Source: Mycobacterium leprae TN (lineage in GTDB: Bacteria; Actinomycetota; Actinomycetes; Mycobacteriales; Mycobacteriaceae). From it: a stretch of DNA of 32,000 nt. The notes beneath the pieces were generated by a model. It made no database searches, was not told the DNA's origin, and saw only the letters and a program-made list of their open reading frames with translations. Of this stretch, positions 12,139 to 22,373 are shown one piece after another; the first letter of the stretch is position 1; each line of letters opens with the position of its first letter. The stretch covers positions 1,500,001-1,532,000 of the forward strand of contig NC_002677.1 of NCBI RefSeq assembly GCF_000195855.1. The letters are read 5' to 3'. The translations under genes were made by a program, and so were the position numbers.

Positions 12139-13728
12139 GTGCACGCCCACCTCGCCGCCACCACGTCACGTGAGGACTTTCGCCAGCTAGCTGTCGATCA
12201 TCGGGTGGTTCCAGTGACCCGCAAAGTCTTGGCCGATAGCGAAACGCCGCTATCGGCATACCGGAAGCTCGCCGCCAATCGTCCGAGCACCTTCCTGCTA
12301 GAGTCGGCCGAGAACGGCAGATCCTGGTCGCAGTGGTCGTTCATTGGCGTGGGTGCCCCATCGGCTTTGACAATTCGTGACGGCGAAGCGGTGTGGCTGG
12401 GCACTGTACCGCAGGACGCGCCCACTGGCGGTGACCCCCTGCATGTCCTGCAGGCCACGCTCGAGCTACTTGCCACCGCGGCAATGCCCGGGTTGCCACC
12501 GCTATCGAGTGGTATGGTGGGCTTCTTCGCCTACGACATGGTGCGGCGCCTGGAGCGCCTGCCTGAACTGGCCTTAAATGATTTGCAGTTGCCCGATATG
12601 CTGCTGCTGTTGGCCACCGATGTAGCGGCCGTTGACCACCACGAGGGCACGATCACCCTGATTGCCAACGCTGTGAACTGGAACGGTACCGATGAGCGGG
12701 TAGATCAGGCCTACGACGATGCGATCGCGCGCTTGGACGTAATGACCGCAGCACTGGGCCAGCCGCTGCCATCGACCATTGCCACGTTCAGCCGGCCCGA
12801 CCCTCGGCGCCGAGCGCAATGCACCATCGAGGAATACGGTGCGATCGTCGACCACCTCGTCGACCAGATCGCGGCCGGTGAGGCCTTTCAAGTGGTGCCC
12901 TCGCAGCGCTTCGAGGTGGATACCGATGTCGATCCGATCGATGTCTATCGCATGCTGCGGGTCACCAACCCTAGCCCTTACATGTATCTGCTGCATGTGC
13001 CTAATAGCGATGGAGCAACTGGCTTTTCGATCGTTGGATCCAGCCCGGAGGCGTTGGTGACCGTCAAGGACGGTCGGGTGACGACGCATCCGATCGCTGG
13101 AACTCGCTGGCGAGGCCAGACCGAAGAAGAGGATCAGCTACTGGAAAAAGAGTTGCTCGCCGACGAGAAGGAACGAGCAGAGCACTTAATGCTTGTCGAT
13201 CTCGGTCGCAACGACCTTGGTCGGGTCTGTACGCCAGGCACCGTACGTGTCGAGGATTACAGCCACGTTGAACGTTACAGTCACGTAATGCACATGGTGT
13301 CTACGGTGACCGGGCTGCTCGGTGAAGGCCGCACCGCCCTGGACGCGGTGACCGCCTGCTTCCCTGCCGGCACGCTGTCGGGTGCCCCGAAGGTGCGGTC
13401 CATGGAGCTAATCGAGGAAGTGGAGAAGACGCGCCGCGGCCTTTATGGTGGCGTGGTCGGTTACCTCGACTTCGCTGGTAACGCTGACTTCGCGATAGCA
13501 ATCCGTACAGCGCTGATGCGTGACGGCATCGCGTATGTCCAAGCCGGCGGTGGGGTAGTGGCCGACTCCAACGGGCCCTACGAATACATCGAGGCGAGTA
13601 ACAAGGCTCGAGCGGTGTTGAACGCGATCGCCGCCGCCGAGACGTTGACCTCTTTGGACTTCGGTGTTGCCCTCGCCCCTGGCCGCGTGGCGGCCAGGGG
13701 CGAGGCGGGCAATCAAGGGAGGCTGTGA
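12139..13728 (+). CDS. trpE: Anthranilate synthase component I
   Basis: 529-aa ORF with a GTG start preceded by GGAAGGA. TrpE motifs are present ([43 protein letters not shown]). It ends in a GTGATG overlap with the next gene. Confidence 0.95.
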
Positions 13729-14522
13729 TGGCTCCTGATATCAAGAGCGCCCGGGCCGGCCGGCTGACGATTCAAATAGCGCAGTTGTTGCTGGTGGTTG
13801 CTGCTGGCGCATTGTGGATGGCGGCCCGGCTGCCGTGGGTCGTTATTCGGTCGTTCGACGGGTTGGGTCCTCCAAAGGAGGTGGCTCTTTCCGGAGCGTC
13901 ATGGTCGGCGGTGCTGCTGCCGTTAGCGCTGCTCATGCTGGCCGCGACTGTCGCAGCGATCGCAGTGCGCGGTTGGCCGTTGCGGGTGTTGGCAGGGCTG
14001 CTGGCAGTGGCTAGCTTCCTGGTCGGCTATTTGGGTGTCAGCCTGTGGGTGCTGCCGGATGTAACGGTGCGCGGAGCTGTCCTGGCGCACGTCTCGTTGT
14101 TGTCGCTGGTAGGTAGCCAACGGCACCATCTGGGCGCAGGGGCTGCGGTAGCAGCTTCTGGGTGCACCCTCATTGCTGCTGTTTTATTGATGCGGTCGGC
14201 TTCCGTCATCGGATCCGCCCGCCAGGGCACATCGAAATACGTGGTTCCAGCGCAACGTCGTTCGATCGCGCGGCGCGACGGTGCCGCGACGGCGATCTCG
14301 CAGATGTCAGAGCGGATGATCTGGGATGCGCTTGACGAAGACCGAGACCCGACGGACCGACTCCGCGAGCCGGACACCGAGGGGCGGTGGTGGACCGCGT
14401 GTCGACGGTCGCTACCCTTCATGAACGTCGTCGAAATCGGCGGGTGTACCGGTTCGGTAGCCGGTCGGTGGGTGACAAGCGGGAAAGGAAACGACACGCA
14501 TGTGTCCGGCAACTGTGCTTGA
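13725..14522 (+). CDS. Trp-region conserved membrane protein (Rv1610-like)
   Basis: ORF between trpE and trpC with about four hydrophobic helices followed by a charged tail ([21 protein letters not shown]). The start is GTG 13725 or ATG 13728. The last 23 nt overlap the trpC start. The final 30 or so residues ([22 protein letters not shown]...) look non-conserved. Confidence 0.75.
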
Positions 14523-15318
14523 CTCCATTCTAAAGGGAGTCCGGGCCGACGTTGCCGCACGCGAAGCCTGCATCAGCCTGTCCGAAATCAAAGCCGCCGC
14601 CGCGGCCGCACCAGCACCGCTGGACGCTATGGCCGCTTTACGTGAGCCCGGTATTGGTGTTATCGCCGAGGTCAAGCGCGCCAGTCCATCGGTGGGCTCA
14701 TTGGCCACCATCGCTGATCCGGCAAAGCTGGCCCAGGCCTACGAGGACGGCGGTGCTCGGATCATCAGCGTTTTGACCGAGGAACGTCGCTTTAACGGTT
14801 CACTCGACGATCTCGATGCAGTGCGCGCCGCGGTTTCAGTACCGGTGTTGCGCAAAGACTTTGTGGTGCAGCCATATCAGATCCATGAGGCGCGCGCGCA
14901 CGGTGCCGATATGTTGTTGTTGATCGTTGCTGCGTTGGACCAATCGGCGTTGATGTCTATGCTGGACCGCACCGAATCACTTGGTATGATTGCTCTCGTT
15001 GAAGTCCGCACGGAACAGGAAGCGGACCGGGCCCTAAAGGCAGGGGCCAAGGTGATAGGTGTAAACGCTCGCGATTTAATGACGTTGGAAGTGGACCGGG
15101 ATTGCTTCTCGCGAATTGCTCCTGGGTTGCCGAGTAACGTGATCAGGATCGCCGAATCCGGTGTACGTGGCCCCGCGGATCTGTTGGCTTACGCTGGTGC
15201 GGGAGCGGACGCCGTGTTGGTCGGCGAAGGCCTGGTGAAAAGTGGTGACCCGCGGGCAGCGGTTGCCGATCTGGTCACCGCGGGTACCCACCCGTCATGC
15301 CCAAAACCGGCTCGCTAG
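14500..15318 (+). CDS. trpC: Indole-3-glycerol phosphate synthase
   Basis: 272-aa ORF ([14 protein letters not shown]...F.GS, VLRKDF, GVNARDL, ESG). Confidence 0.95.
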   Translation: MCPATVLDSILKGVRADVAAREACISLSEIKAAAAAAPAPLDAMAALREPGIGVIAEVKRASPSVGSLATIADPAKLAQAYEDGGARIISVLTEERRFNGSLDDLDAVRAAVSVPVLRKDFVVQPYQIHEARAHGADMLLLIVAALDQSALMSMLDRTESLGMIALVEVRTEQEADRALKAGAKVIGVNARDLMTLEVDRDCFSRIAPGLPSNVIRIAESGVRGPADLLAYAGAGADAVLVGEGLVKSGDPRAAVADLVTAGTHPSCPKPAR

Positions 15319-15381
15319 TCATTCGACAAGATGCAGTGGTGAAACATTGAACGCTATCAGCCGACTGCCCGTTGAGTTCCG

Positions 15382-16635
15382 GTGATGCCGAATCTATCCT
15401 GTTTTAGCGTGGCCATCTCCGAACCCACTTGCCACGACCCCGATTCGGGTGGGCATTTTGGTGGCCCCGATGGTTATGGTGGTCGCTACGTCCCCGAAGC
15501 GCTGATGGCGGTGATCGAGGAGGTCACCGCCGCTTACGAGAAGGAACGCGTTAATCAGGACTTCCTGGACCTGCTGGACAAGTTGCAAGCAAACTACGCT
15601 GGCCGGCCGTCGCCGCTATATGAAGCTACTCGGCTTAGCGAATACGCTGGCTCGGTGCGCATCTTTCTCAAGCGGGAAGACTTGAACCACACTGGTTCTC
15701 ACAAGATCAACAATGTCCTTGGTCAGACATTGCTGGCCCAGCGAATGGGCAAGACGCGAGTGATTGCTGAGACGGGTGCCGGTCAGCATGGAGTGGCCAC
15801 AGCGACGGCGTGTGCGCTGTTCGGCCTGGATTGTGTGATCTACATGGGTGCCCTTGACACTGCTAGGCAGGCACTCAACGTGGCGCGGATGCGGTTGCTG
15901 GGTGCCGAGGTCGTATCGGTCGAGACTGGCTCGCGAACGCTCAAGGACGCCATCAACGACGCGTTCCGGGATTGGGTTACTAATGCAGATAACACTTACT
16001 ACTGCTTCGGGACTGCTTCGGGACCGCATCCTTTTCCGACTATGGTGCGTGACTTACAGCGCGTCATCGGTCTCGAGACACGTCGGCAAATCCAGTATCA
16101 GGCGGGCAGGCTACCGGACGCGGTTACGGCGTGCATCGGCGGAGGGTCCAACGCTATCGGGATCTTCCACGCGTTCCTCGATGATCCGGGTGTACGGCTG
16201 GTCGGGTTCGAGGCAGCTGGCGATGGCGTCGAGACTGGCAGGCATGCAGCGACATTGACCGGCGGCTTGCCCGGAGCGTTCCAGGGAACGTTCTCCTACT
16301 TGCTGCAGGACGAGGACGGTCAGACCATCGAGTCCCATTCAATCGCAGCAGGTCTGGACTATCCGGGGGTTGGCCCCGAACACGCGTGGCTCAGGGAAAC
16401 CGGACGCGCCGAATACCAGCCCATTACTGATTCTGAGGCGATAGAGGCGTTTCGTTTACTGTGTCGCACCGAAGGTATTTTACCGGCCCTCGAGTCCGCG
16501 CATGCTGTAGCCGGTGCCCTCAAGTTGGCTTCTGAAATAGGCAAGGGTGCGGTCATAGTGGTGAACCTTTCGGGTCGCGGCGATAAGGATATCGAGGCAG
16601 CTGCTAAGTGGTTCGGCCTGCTGGGTACCAGATGA
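15382..16635 (+). CDS. trpB: Tryptophan synthase beta chain
   Basis: ORF with GGRYVPE, the [12 protein letters not shown]-lysine motif, GAGQHG and GGGSNAIG. The start is ambiguous (GTG 15382, ATG 15385, GTG 15409). The stop overlaps the trpA ATG (ATGA). Confidence 0.94.
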   Translation: MMPNLSCFSVAISEPTCHDPDSGGHFGGPDGYGGRYVPEALMAVIEEVTAAYEKERVNQDFLDLLDKLQANYAGRPSPLYEATRLSEYAGSVRIFLKREDLNHTGSHKINNVLGQTLLAQRMGKTRVIAETGAGQHGVATATACALFGLDCVIYMGALDTARQALNVARMRLLGAEVVSVETGSRTLKDAINDAFRDWVTNADNTYYCFGTASGPHPFPTMVRDLQRVIGLETRRQIQYQAGRLPDAVTACIGGGSNAIGIFHAFLDDPGVRLVGFEAAGDGVETGRHAATLTGGLPGAFQGTFSYLLQDEDGQTIESHSIAAGLDYPGVGPEHAWLRETGRAEYQPITDSEAIEAFRLLCRTEGILPALESAHAVAGALKLASEIGKGAVIVVNLSGRGDKDIEAAAKWFGLLGTR

Positions 16636-17444
16636 TGGTTCTGGAACAGAGCGAAACAAGTAGGCTTGGGCCGGTTTTCGATTCGTGTCGTGCGGACAAT
16701 CGCGCGGCATTGATTGGTTACTTGCCCACCGGTTACCCTGATGTGCCTACTTCGGTGGACGCGATGATAGAACTCGTCGAATCCGGCTGTGACATCATTG
16801 AAGTTGGCGTTCCTTATTCGGATCCCGGTATGGACGGTCCAACCATCGCGAGGGCCACCGAGGTTGCGCTTCGTGGAGGAGTACGAGTCCGCGATACTCT
16901 AGCCGCGGTCGAGGCGATCAGCCAAGCTGGCGGACGCGCCGTGGTGATGACGTACTGGAATCCTGTGTTGCGCTATGGGGTTTGTGCGTTTGCGCGGGAT
17001 CTGGAGTCAGCTGGAGGACACGGTCTGGTCACTCCCGACCTTATTCCCGACGAAGCACGCCAATGGATCGCGGCATCCGAGAAGCATCGGTTGGATCGCA
17101 TTTTTCTAGTGGCTCCATCATCGACGCCGCACCGGTTGGTGACCACGGTCGGGGCATCACGTGGATTTGTTTATGCGGTGTCTGTGATGGGTGTGACCGG
17201 GGCGCGTGACGCGGTGTCGCAGGTTGTGCCAGAACTGGTGGCCAGGGTGAAGGCAGTATCTGACATTGCGGTCGGGGTCGGCCTGGGGGTGCGATCACGA
17301 GAGCAGGCCGCGCAGATCGGCGGCTACGCCGACGGTGTCATTGTTGGTTCCGCGTTGGTGTCGGCGCTGGGTGACGGTTTGCCTCGATTGCGTGCTCTTG
17401 CCGAGGAACTCGCCGCCGGCGTGCGCCAAAGGACGTTCATGTGA
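16632..17444 (+). CDS. trpA: Tryptophan synthase alpha chain
   Basis: The ORF is open from 16608, but ATG 16632 overlaps the trpB stop and matches the TrpA N-terminus ([16 protein letters not shown]). Motifs include IEVG.PYSDP..DGP.I and GF.Y.VS..GVTG. GTGA overlap with lgt. Confidence 0.93.
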   Translation: MMVLEQSETSRLGPVFDSCRADNRAALIGYLPTGYPDVPTSVDAMIELVESGCDIIEVGVPYSDPGMDGPTIARATEVALRGGVRVRDTLAAVEAISQAGGRAVVMTYWNPVLRYGVCAFARDLESAGGHGLVTPDLIPDEARQWIAASEKHRLDRIFLVAPSSTPHRLVTTVGASRGFVYAVSVMGVTGARDAVSQVVPELVARVKAVSDIAVGVGLGVRSREQAAQIGGYADGVIVGSALVSALGDGLPRLRALAEELAAGVRQRTFM

Positions 17445-18433
17445 CGAGGATGTTGCCTGGATATTTTCCCAGCCCACCGCGTGGGGTCTGGCACCTTGGT
17501 CCGCTGCCGATTCGAGCGTACGCGCTGCTCATCATCCTCGGTATCGTCGCTGCGCTAGTGGTCGGCGGCCGGTGCTGGGAGGCTCGAGGCGGTGAGCGCG
17601 ACGTGACCTATGACATCGCGCTGTGGGCTGTACCTTTCGGATTGGTTGGTGGCAGACTCTATCACCTGGCCACTGATTGGCGGACCTACTTCGGGCAAAA
17701 CGGTGCCGGGCTCGGCGCGGCTCTGCGAATCTGGGACGGTGGTTTGGGTATCTGGGGCGCTGTGGCTCTCGGCTGCGTGGGCGCGTGGCTTGGTTGTCGA
17801 CGTCACCGAATTCCGTTGCCGGCATTCGGTGACGCGCTAGCTCCGGGGATCATTTTGGCGCAGGCAATCGGCCGGTTAGGAAATTATTTCAATCAGGAAC
17901 TTTACGGACGAGAAACCACGATGCCGTGGGGCTTGGAGGTCTTCTACCGTCGAGATCCCGCGGGATACATGGACCCACATTCACTCGATGGTGTTTCGAC
18001 TGGACAATTGGCGTTCGTCGTACAGCCGACATTTCTTTACGAATTGATCTGGAACGTTCTAGTATTCTTCGCGTTGATCTACGTGGACCGATGGTTCACA
18101 CTGGGCCACGGCCGACTGTTTGCAACCTATGTCGCCGCCTATTGCATCGGACGGTTCTGCGTCGAGCTGTTGCGTGACGACGCGGCCACACACATCGCTG
18201 GAATCCGGATCAATTCGTTCACATCGACTTTCGTGTTCATCGGGGCAGTGGTTTATATCATTCTGGCGCCGAAAGGGCGCGAAGAGCCTGAAAACCTTTG
18301 TCGTGCTGAATATGTAGCAAGAGAAATTCCAGAACCCGAGTCAGCGACTGAGCGCGCGACTGTGGCTTCAACCTACGCTACAACAACGGCGGTGCCAGTT
18401 TCTGCCGACGAAGAGTTTGCAGAAACGAATTGA
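17441..18433 (+). CDS. lgt: Prolipoprotein diacylglyceryl transferase; catalytic membrane domain intact, C-terminal tail truncated
   Basis: 330-aa ORF (GPLPIRAYAL, GGRLYH, W.GGLGIWGA, GR.GN.FNQELYG..T..PWG, polytopic membrane profile). It stops at TGA 18431-18433 at the beginning of an acidic tail. Confidence 0.92.
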   Translation: MTRMLPGYFPSPPRGVWHLGPLPIRAYALLIILGIVAALVVGGRCWEARGGERDVTYDIALWAVPFGLVGGRLYHLATDWRTYFGQNGAGLGAALRIWDGGLGIWGAVALGCVGAWLGCRRHRIPLPAFGDALAPGIILAQAIGRLGNYFNQELYGRETTMPWGLEVFYRRDPAGYMDPHSLDGVSTGQLAFVVQPTFLYELIWNVLVFFALIYVDRWFTLGHGRLFATYVAAYCIGRFCVELLRDDAATHIAGIRINSFTSTFVFIGAVVYIILAPKGREEPENLCRAEYVAREIPEPESATERATVASTYATTTAVPVSADEEFAETN

Positions 18434-18800
18434 ATCTGCTGAAGTTGTTGAATCTGATGCAGAGCGCCAAGTGTGAGCCCGTCGAAGACAAGGTTGAGCA
18501 ATTCACCGAGGAGGAAGCGTCGACTATCGGTGCCGAATCCGACACCGACGCCGAGGATTGGGAACACCGGTCCAAAGCGGAGGGGGTTAAGGAATTGGTT
18601 GAAGAGACATGGTCGTCGTCACTGACGTCGAGTCAGACACAATGGCACCGGTCGATGCCGAGCTAGAAGAATCCGTAGTTGAACAGGGGCGGGGAATCTC
18701 GGCTAGTGATGATGGGTTAGCGCGGCAGCGCTGGACTGTCCGGTTGAGGAAACCGGCTGTTGCGTTCGGTTCGGTAGTTGCCGGATGCACGTTGCGGTGG
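18434..18800 (+). pseudogene. Decayed 3' extension of lgt (acidic C-terminal tail broken over three frames)
   Basis: Reading on from the lgt stop needs frame changes: ESAEVVESDAERQV*, then EPVEDKVEQFTEEEASTIGAESDTDAEDWE...ELVEET, then VVVTDVESDTMAPVDAELEESVVEQG...DDGLARQRWTVRLRKP. This composition matches the long Glu/Asp/Ala-rich tail ending in a basic patch that I recall for M. tuberculosis Lgt. Confidence 0.55.
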
Positions 18801-18838
18801 CTGGGTCGGTATCCCAGTGGATCTGGCATGCTGAAAAT

Positions 18839-19228
18839 GTGACTGATCAGTCGTGGTCCGATCCGGCAAGGTCTGGATCGCCACCGCCGGGCTATCCATC
18901 TGGGTATCTGCCGTCGTATCCGCAATACCCGGGGGCTGGGGGCTACCTCGATCCGGCCGCACCCTGGGGTCGGTATCCGGTTACCGGGCAGCTGCTTTTC
19001 GGCAAATCGAAGACCGTTGCGGGTCTGTTGCAGCTTCTTGGCTTAATCGGCATCTTGGATATCGGCCGCATTTACCTTGGCTACATTGAGCTGGGTATCG
19101 CGCAGTTGCTGTTAGGCATTTTCACGTGCGGACTTGGCGTGGTCATCTGGGTTATTGCCGACGCGCTGTTGATATCCACCGACAAAGTCAGGGACCTGTC
19201 GGGTCGTCTGTTGCGCGATGGAACTTAA
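18839..19228 (+). CDS. TM2 domain-containing membrane protein with a Pro/Tyr/Gly-rich N-terminus
   Basis: The C-terminal half, GKSKTVAGLLQLLGLIGILDIGRIYLGYIELGIAQLLLGIFTCGLGVVIWVIADALLI, fits the TM2 two-helix pattern. GTG 18839 is the preferred start. ATG 18785 gives a longer ORF but would run into the lgt-tail remnant. Confidence 0.7.
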   Translation: MTDQSWSDPARSGSPPPGYPSGYLPSYPQYPGAGGYLDPAAPWGRYPVTGQLLFGKSKTVAGLLQLLGLIGILDIGRIYLGYIELGIAQLLLGIFTCGLGVVIWVIADALLISTDKVRDLSGRLLRDGT

Positions 19229-19658
19229 CCAGGTCTCGCGAGCTGCACAGCAGCGTCGTCAGCAGGACCCACATCGTCGTCTTTACGGTGTGGCCGGTTC
19301 GGGGTTGTTGTTGGCCGGTGCATTCGGCTATATCGGGTTCGTCGACCCGCACAATGCGGATTTAGTGTATCCGCTGTGTCTGTTTAAGCTGCTTACGGGC
19401 TGGAATTGTCCGTTTTGTGGTGGCCTTCGGTTGATGCATGACCTGTTGCACGGCGATTTGGCAGCCAGCGTCAGCGACAATGTTTTTCTGTTGGTCGGAA
19501 TCCCAGTGTTGGTCGGCTGGGTTGTGCTGCGTCGCCGCCTTGGCCAGTCAGTATTGCCGACAGTCGCGTTGCTGACGATCACGGTCGCGTCGATCGTGTG
19601 GACGGTGTTGCGCAACGTGCCTGGGTTCCCGTTGGTTCCGACTGTTTACAGCGGGTAA
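19218..19658 (+). CDS. DUF2752 family membrane protein
   Basis: 146-aa ORF with the CP..LLTGW.CP.CGG.R....LL.GD motif followed by two hydrophobic helices. It overlaps the preceding ORF by 11 nt. Confidence 0.75.
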   Translation: MELNQVSRAAQQRRQQDPHRRLYGVAGSGLLLAGAFGYIGFVDPHNADLVYPLCLFKLLTGWNCPFCGGLRLMHDLLHGDLAASVSDNVFLLVGIPVLVGWVVLRRRLGQSVLPTVALLTITVASIVWTVLRNVPGFPLVPTVYSG

Positions 19659-19740
19659 CCGTGCGGTGCGCCGGACAAGTTAGCCGTCCTTACGTACCTT
19701 AAATCCGCGCTGGTTATTGGCGAGACTATGCTGGGTCGTC

Positions 19741-21159
19741 GTGACGAGACGCGGGAAGATCGTCTGTACCCTTGGCCCTGCAACACAATCGGACGAGTTA
19801 ATCCGGGCGCTGGTTGAAGCCGGAATGGACGTTGCCCGCATGAACTTCAGTCACGGCGATTACTCCGATCACAAGGCTGTTTACGATCGGGTGCGCGTCG
19901 CATCTGATGCAACCGGACGCGCGGTCGGCGTGCTCGCTGACCTGCAGGGCCCAAAGATCAGGCTGGGACGCTTTGCCACGGGGTCCACCTACTGGGCTGA
20001 CGGTGAAACGGTAAGGATCACTGTGGCCGACTGCCACGGTAGCCACGACCGGGTATCAACCACCTACAAGAATTTGGCCAGGGATGCGGTGGTCGGTGAC
20101 CGGGTTCTGGTCGACGACGGCAAGGTCGGACTGGTGGTCTCGGCCATCGATGGCGACGACGTGGTCTGTACTGTCACTGAAGGCGGCCCGGTTAGCAACA
20201 ACAAGGGCATGTCGTTGCCCGGGATGCACGTGTCTGCTCCGGCTTTGTCGGACAAGGACATCGAGGACCTCACGTTCGCGCTGAATCTCGGCGCCGATCT
20301 GGTCGCGCTGTCGTTTGTGCGCTCGCCGTCTGACGTTGAGCTGGTCCACAAGGCGATGGATCGCGTCGGGCGGCGTGTACCGGTGATCGCCAAGCTGGAG
20401 AAGCCAGAAGCCGTCGATAACCTCGAAGCTATTGTGTTGGCATTCGATGCCATCATGGTGGCTCGCGGCGACCTGGGTGTCGAGCTGCCACTTGAAGAGG
20501 TCCCACTGGTGCAGAAGCGGGCAATCCAGATGGCAAGGGAGAATGCGAAACCCGTCATCGTGGCTACCCAGATGCTAGACTCGATGATCGAAAACTCCCG
20601 GCCGACCCGAGCTGAGGCCTCCGACGTCGCTAATGCGGTGCTCGACGGCGCCGACGCGCTCATGTTGTCTGAGGAAACGTCGGTGGGGAAGTACCCATTG
20701 GCAGCCGTGAAGACGATGTCGCGCATTGTGTGTGCGGTTGAGGAGAATTCCACGGCCGCGCCGCCGTTGACACACGTACCTCGCACGAAGCGGGGGGTGA
20801 TCTCGTACGCTGCCCGCGATATCGGTGAAAGACTCGACGCTAAGGCCTTGGTTGCGTTCACTCAATCCGGTGACACGGTGCGGCGACTGGCGCGTCTACA
20901 TACCCCGCTGCCGCTGCTTGCCTTCACCGCGTGGCCAGAGGTGCGCAGCCAACTCGCTATGACTTGGGGCACCGAGACATTTCTCGTACCAAAGATGCTG
21001 TCCACTGACGGTATGATACGCCAGGTGGACAAGTCACTGCTCGAACTTGGTCGCTACAAGCGTGGTGACTTGGTGGTGATCGTCGCTGGCACGCCACCTG
21101 GCACAGTAGGATCGACCAACTTGATCCATGTGCACCGGATTGGGGAGGACGACGTATAG
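19741..21159 (+). CDS. pykA: Pyruvate kinase
   Basis: The ORF is open from 19717. GTG 19741 gives the canonical N-terminus (V)TRRGKIVCTLGPA. Motifs include MNFSHG, DLQGPKIR, MVARGDLGVE and ATQMLDSM. The motif normally written MLSGE reads MLSEE here (GAG at 20671-20673). Confidence 0.93.
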   Translation: MTRRGKIVCTLGPATQSDELIRALVEAGMDVARMNFSHGDYSDHKAVYDRVRVASDATGRAVGVLADLQGPKIRLGRFATGSTYWADGETVRITVADCHGSHDRVSTTYKNLARDAVVGDRVLVDDGKVGLVVSAIDGDDVVCTVTEGGPVSNNKGMSLPGMHVSAPALSDKDIEDLTFALNLGADLVALSFVRSPSDVELVHKAMDRVGRRVPVIAKLEKPEAVDNLEAIVLAFDAIMVARGDLGVELPLEEVPLVQKRAIQMARENAKPVIVATQMLDSMIENSRPTRAEASDVANAVLDGADALMLSEETSVGKYPLAAVKTMSRIVCAVEENSTAAPPLTHVPRTKRGVISYAARDIGERLDAKALVAFTQSGDTVRRLARLHTPLPLLAFTAWPEVRSQLAMTWGTETFLVPKMLSTDGMIRQVDKSLLELGRYKRGDLVVIVAGTPPGTVGSTNLIHVHRIGEDDV

Positions 21160-21181
21160 GTCGCCCGTCTCGGCAACGATG

Positions 21182-21200
21182 CGGGCCGGGTAGCGGCCCG
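21182..21200 (+). terminator. Weak candidate stem-loop downstream of pykA
   Basis: 'cgggccg' (21182-21188) pairs with 'cggcccg' (21194-21200) across a 5-nt loop, 23 nt after the pykA stop. No U-tract follows, so this is at best a mycobacterial tail-less type terminator. Confidence 0.25.
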
Positions 21201-21292
21201 ACGAAGAGCTGGGCAATCAGTCTGAGGAGAGCCCGTCCGTGTCGGTTTGGCGATGAGCCGAATGCGTGAAAAGACTCTGGGAAAAAAAGACT

Positions 21293-22159
21293 ATGTCTGA
21301 CTTCGAGGAACTGCTTGCGGTATTAGATCTCAACCGCGTCGCCGATGACCTATTCATCGGATCCCATCCCAGCAAGAACCCGCTGCGGACATTCGGCGGG
21401 CAGCTCGTGGCGCAGTCCTTTGTGGCTAGTAGCCGCACGCTGATCCGAGACGACCTGCCGCCCAGCGCATTTTCAGTGCACTTTATCAATGGTGGTGATA
21501 CAGCCAAGGAAATCGAGTTTCACGTTGTACGGCTGCGTGACGAGCGGCGCTTCGCCAACCGTCGTGTCGATGCGATTCAGGACGGCATGTTGTTGTCCTC
21601 AGCGATGGCTTCCTACATGTCTGGCGGGTGTGGGCTTGAGCATGCTGTCGAGCCGCCGGAGGCGGCCGAACCTCATACCCGGCCGCCGATAGGCGAGCTG
21701 TTACGCGGCTACGAGCAGATTGTGCAGCATTTCGTCAATGCGTTGCAACCGGTCGAGTGGCGCTACGTCAATGACCCGTCTTGGGTTATGCGTAACAAAG
21801 GCCAACGGCTTGCCTACAATCGGGTCTGGGTAAAGGCGTTGGGGGCACTGCCCAACGATCCTACCTTGCACACCGCGGCGATGCTGTATTCTACTGACAC
21901 CACCGTGTTGGATTCAGTTATAACTACTCATGGGCTGTCGTGGGGCTTCGACCGTATTTTTGCTGTTTCCGCTAACCATTCGGTGTGGTTTCACCGACAG
22001 GTGAACTTCGATGACTGGGTGTTGTATTCGACGTCGTCTCCGGTAGCTGCAGATTCGCGCGGACTGGGTACTGGGCATTTGTTTGATCGCTCGGGGCAAC
22101 TAATTGCCACGGTGGTCCAAGAAGGGGTATTGAAATACTTTCCTGCCTCCCATCGATAG
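21293..22159 (+). CDS. tesB: Acyl-CoA thioesterase II
   Basis: The ORF is open from 21266. ATG 21293 gives MSDFEELLAVLDL..., the typical TesB N-terminus. It has a double hot-dog architecture (GGQL.AQS... and ...HS.WFHR). Confidence 0.9.
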   Translation: MSDFEELLAVLDLNRVADDLFIGSHPSKNPLRTFGGQLVAQSFVASSRTLIRDDLPPSAFSVHFINGGDTAKEIEFHVVRLRDERRFANRRVDAIQDGMLLSSAMASYMSGGCGLEHAVEPPEAAEPHTRPPIGELLRGYEQIVQHFVNALQPVEWRYVNDPSWVMRNKGQRLAYNRVWVKALGALPNDPTLHTAAMLYSTDTTVLDSVITTHGLSWGFDRIFAVSANHSVWFHRQVNFDDWVLYSTSSPVAADSRGLGTGHLFDRSGQLIATVVQEGVLKYFPASHR

Positions 22160-22373
22160 ACCATAGCTCGATACGCAAATCGACCTCACGATTTCGGCTC
22201 AGCACCATTCTGGTCGAGCGCCCCGTTTCTTTAGGTGGTATTTTATTTGCGTCGTGGGAAGCGATGGGTGAATCGCTTAGCTGAGAAGTAGCGACATCGG
22301 GAGGTGATTGTGAACTAGCCGCCGGGTCGATATTGTGCCGAGACTCCACGTGCGTTAACGCGTCGGGGTTCAC

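Noticed and set aside
18430-18842. ORFs 18430-18666 and 18609-18842 as independent acidic proteins
   Set aside because: Composition and order match a fragmented C-terminal tail of lgt. There are no independent RBS or start signals.
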